Shown here piece by piece: positions 61,061-64,000 of a DNA stretch of 64,000 nucleotides (position 1 is the first letter of the stretch; the number at the start of each line of letters is the position of its first letter). The position numbers and the translations under genes are program-made. Under the pieces are notes generated by a model, which worked only from the letters and a program-made list of their open reading frames with translations, did no database searches and was not told the origin of the DNA. The stretch comes from an uncultured delta proteobacterium (GTDB lineage: Bacteria; Desulfobacterota; Binatia; UBA9968), in the NCBI GenBank assembly GCA_963728565.1, contig CAVSLC010000025.1:1-64000 (forward strand). The letters are read 5' to 3'.

Positions 61061-62248
61061 CTAGCCGCGGTTGGTGTCGTTGGCGTTTGGAACCTTGCGC
61101 ACCGACAGCCTGAGGGTCGAAGGGCTGACGTCCTGCAACGTGAGCTCTTTCGGATATTGAATGTTTTTCTCTGAAATCGTGAAGGTGCGCCGCCCAAGCT
61201 CCGCCATGGAAACGTCGATTGCGACTTTGATCTTGCTCGAATTAAACAGATAAAAAGCCCGGCGCGGCCCGCGAAAGGTGGCGTTTACCACCGGCGGCTC
61301 GATGTCTTCCACTTGAAGATCGGGGGGAAGATTCTCAACGCTCACCGGAACCGTATAGCTGACGTCGACCGTCTTAGAACCGGGCACGAAGATGTACCAA
61401 AACCCAATTGCCAGCGCGATGGCGATGGCTTTGGCGATCCAGTTCTCGCGAAAAAGCGGTAAGGCGAAATGGTTTTCCGTCGATGATGGAAACCTCGATT
61501 GCAAAAAACTTTCGAGAACGGCGCCAAGCTCTTGTATGTTCTGTACTTCGCGAAGCTTGCCCTCCGTTGCCACTGAAATTGTGCCGCGCTCCTCGGACAC
61601 CACGACGCACAACGCATCGGTCAGTTCCGCCAATCCCAGAGCCGCCGAGTGCCGGGTGCCGACATTGGCGAGTTGTCTGAGATCCTTGGATAGCGGTAGG
61701 TGAGCCGCGAATCTCGAGATGTTATCTTGGTCCACCAGAACCGCGCCGTCATGCCCCGGTGAATGGGGATCGAAAATGCTCTTGAGCAGCGGCGCGCTTA
61801 CTTTGCCGTCCAGAGGGATTCCGCCGGTAATGTGTCGCTCGAGCGGATCGTTGCCGCGGATGACGATCAACGCGCCGACGTGTTCCTTGGCGAGATCGGC
61901 TACGGTGCGAACCAGGACGTCTGAAGTGCTCGAACCCAAAGTCGGGGTTCTCTTCCGCGCCAGGCTCCAGACCGCGATGCGCTCGAATAACTGGCGCAAT
62001 TCCTCCTGAAAGATCACCACGATCATGATCAAGAAAATCGCGAAGAAACCCTGAAAGATCCATGCGGTCATCTGCAGATCGAGGTACTTGGCGATGATGT
62101 AAATGGAACCGAGGATTAAAATTCCTCGGACCACAAAAGCAGCGCGGGTCTGTTGCGCCCAAACAATGGCTGTGTAGAGGAGAATAGCGACAAAGACGAC
62201 GTCGAGCATCTCCGGCAAGGTGACGGTCCAGAATGGGTTATCGATCAT
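61061..62248 (-). CDS. Diadenylate cyclase (DisA_N) fused to a TM helix and a YbbR domain
   Basis: 3 TM, VIFQEELR, GALIV, HDGA, GTRHSAA, VSEERG, then TM and YbbR-like tail. Confidence 0.92.
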   Translation of the reverse strand: MIDNPFWTVTLPEMLDVVFVAILLYTAIVWAQQTRAAFVVRGILILGSIYIIAKYLDLQMTAWIFQGFFAIFLIMIVVIFQEELRQLFERIAVWSLARKRTPTLGSSTSDVLVRTVADLAKEHVGALIVIRGNDPLERHITGGIPLDGKVSAPLLKSIFDPHSPGHDGAVLVDQDNISRFAAHLPLSKDLRQLANVGTRHSAALGLAELTDALCVVVSEERGTISVATEGKLREVQNIQELGAVLESFLQSRFPSSTENHFALPLFRENWIAKAIAIALAIGFWYIFVPGSKTVDVSYTVPVSVENLPPDLQVEDIEPPVVNATFRGPRRAFYLFNSSKIKVAIDVSMAELGRRTFTISEKNIQYPKELTLQDVSPSTLRLSVRKVPNANDTNRG

Positions 62249-62561
62249 TTTTATGAAGAGTCCCGATAGTTCGCTGCCGGCATTACCGGTAGTAAAGCAT
62301 TCGGATCGATGATGCTTGCGGGCCGCATTCTCTGCGGCTCTTTCTCGAAAAATAGCATGCTAAAAGTCGAAGTTATACTGCCTTTGAAAAAACAAAGACC
62401 TTGGAGGACGCAAATTTAAGCTCTCAGCAGCGAGCGCCGTATCTGCGCCCAATGACACCACGCAGGTGGAATTCGTAACCGAACCTAATCACGCTCGACG
62501 GCTGCCTTGTGTCGCCTCAGCCAATCGTCAAATCAGACGGTCGGCCTTGCAAGCGGGTTGA

Positions 62562-63089
62562 TTAGACGAAGCCAACTATGCCCGCCAGCGCGCCGGCGGC
62601 GAACAGCCAAAGAGGATTCCATGGCTTGCGCAGGACCACGACGACGGCAACGATCGTGATCAAGTAGCCGCGCCAATCGTGGTTCACTGCGCGCATCAAA
62701 ATCGTCGCGCTCGCGAAGACAAGCCCAATGGTAATCGGCATCAAACCTCGTCGAATGGCGCGAGCACCCCGGGCATTGGGATAGCGCTGGTTGAGATGGC
62801 CGACTAGCAACGTGAGAGTGGTAGCCGGAACGAGCAGCGGGATCGTCGTCGCGGCTACGCCCTTCCATCCCGCCAGGTGCCAGCCGATCAGAGTAACGTA
62901 CATCGCGTTAGGACCGGGTGCGACCTGCGCCAACGTGTAGAGTTCGACAAACTCCGCGTTGCTCAACAGGTGGTGCACTTCCACCAAGTAGCGATGAATA
63001 TCCGGAAGTATTGTCGACGGACCGCCGATGGCCAGGAACCAGAGAATTAAAAAATGAAGAAACAGGCCGCCGAGGTCGAGACGATCCAT
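62562..63089 (-). CDS. Chromate transporter (short-chain CHR, subunit 2)
   Basis: AIGG, LAQVAPGPN; start overlaps the upstream stop (TAATG). Confidence 0.9.
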   Translation of the reverse strand: MDRLDLGGLFLHFLILWFLAIGGPSTILPDIHRYLVEVHHLLSNAEFVELYTLAQVAPGPNAMYVTLIGWHLAGWKGVAATTIPLLVPATTLTLLVGHLNQRYPNARGARAIRRGLMPITIGLVFASATILMRAVNHDWRGYLITIVAVVVVLRKPWNPLWLFAAGALAGIVGFV

Positions 63090-63643
63090 TATCCCGGCTC
63101 TTTCCACGCAGCAAAGACAGCCCATGGTGCGAGAGCGGCCATGACCCACAGCAGCGGCCAGCGCATGACGCCGACACCCGCGAAGGCCAGCGCGCCGAAC
63201 AGCCACGGTCGCCAGTGTCGCGGCAACACCATCGCCAACTTGATCACGGTGGCGAGCAGCAGCCCTGCCGCCACGCTCGACATGCCGGTGAGCGCCTGCT
63301 GCACCTGCGGCAGAGCGCCGTAACGCTGGTACAGCATCCCCATGCCGACGACCATGAGGCAAGGCCAACCCAAGAAGCCGGCGATTCCCGCCGCGGCGCC
63401 GGTCCAGCCGGCAAAACGATGACCAACGATCACCGTGAGATTGAGCACATTAGGGCCGGGCAGGAGTTGTCCGAGCGTGAAGACGTCGACAAACTCTCGC
63501 TCCGTAAGCCAGCGCTGCCGCTCGACCAGTTCGCGCCTTGCCCAGAAAATTGCGCCGCCGAAGCTCGACAAGCTAATCCGTGAAAAAGCCAGGAACAGGT
63601 CGAGCTGGCTGACGCGCGCCTTGCGTGACTCAATTTGATTCAT
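63089..63643 (-). CDS. Chromate transporter (short-chain CHR, subunit 1)
   Basis: SSFGG, LVERQRWL, GQLLPGPN. Confidence 0.9.
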   Translation of the reverse strand: MNQIESRKARVSQLDLFLAFSRISLSSFGGAIFWARRELVERQRWLTEREFVDVFTLGQLLPGPNVLNLTVIVGHRFAGWTGAAAGIAGFLGWPCLMVVGMGMLYQRYGALPQVQQALTGMSSVAAGLLLATVIKLAMVLPRHWRPWLFGALAFAGVGVMRWPLLWVMAALAPWAVFAAWKEPG

Positions 63644-64000
63644 GTTGTTTCGCTTGCACCTGAAACCAACTGGGATCTGCTCAGCACGAGAACGTCGGGA
63701 TTAGAAGTGGCGGAGTTTATTGAGCCAACAGCTAATCGGAAATCGAATTGGCCGAGCAGGTTCTGCCTTGGGTTTAAATACGAGCGATAGCTAGAAAAGC
63801 GGAGCTAACTCGATCTAGACTCGAAGCTGCGTCTTCTCGCATATCGTGCCAATTTCTCAGGTGAGAAGTTACCATTCAATCTTACTCATTTGCCAGCATC
63901 GTGAGGGAAAAATTCCTAATTGGCACGAATGTTAAGGAGACTTTCGAAAGACGACCAGTCTAGCGTATATAAAAGCGGGTCTTTTAACTCACTAGCTGAG

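Overview
The window looks like two unrelated pieces joined at about 5298. Two housekeeping genes (an SDR on +, an amidohydrolase on -) are both cut off there, and composition changes visibly from very GC-rich to moderate GC. Positions 1-5298 hold ordinary genes: a YyaL/SSP411 thioredoxin-domain protein, a dienelactone hydrolase and a membrane protein. The gene content of 5299-64000 resembles Candidatus Binatia/deltaproteobacteria (inference only). Its most interesting part is an accessory block at about 7.9-38.3 kb. (1) A CHASE2 class III cyclase, a FecR-TPR-beta-barrel receptor and a Cys-rich lipoprotein are bracketed by two convergent paralogous small secreted two-Cys proteins, each behind a near-identical sigma-54 promoter. 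(2) A PPTase, a STAND-type cyclase, two NRPSs (4 modules alternating non-canonical and Gly/Ala A domains, TubC docking, terminal C, no TE) and an alpha/beta-hydrolase form an apparent operon. (3) A sigma-54 activator carries a PDE/CyaB-type GAF domain. Together these suggest a surface signal -> cyclic nucleotide -> sigma-54 circuit beside an unusual NRPS. Further on, two TerC paralogues each follow a homologous signal-peptide-bearing leader ORF with a shared C-terminal motif, and they flank a P-type ATPase. Several single-base frameshifts (NRPS, ATPase, maiA) look like sequencing errors. No rRNA, tRNA, CRISPR array or transposase was seen by eye.
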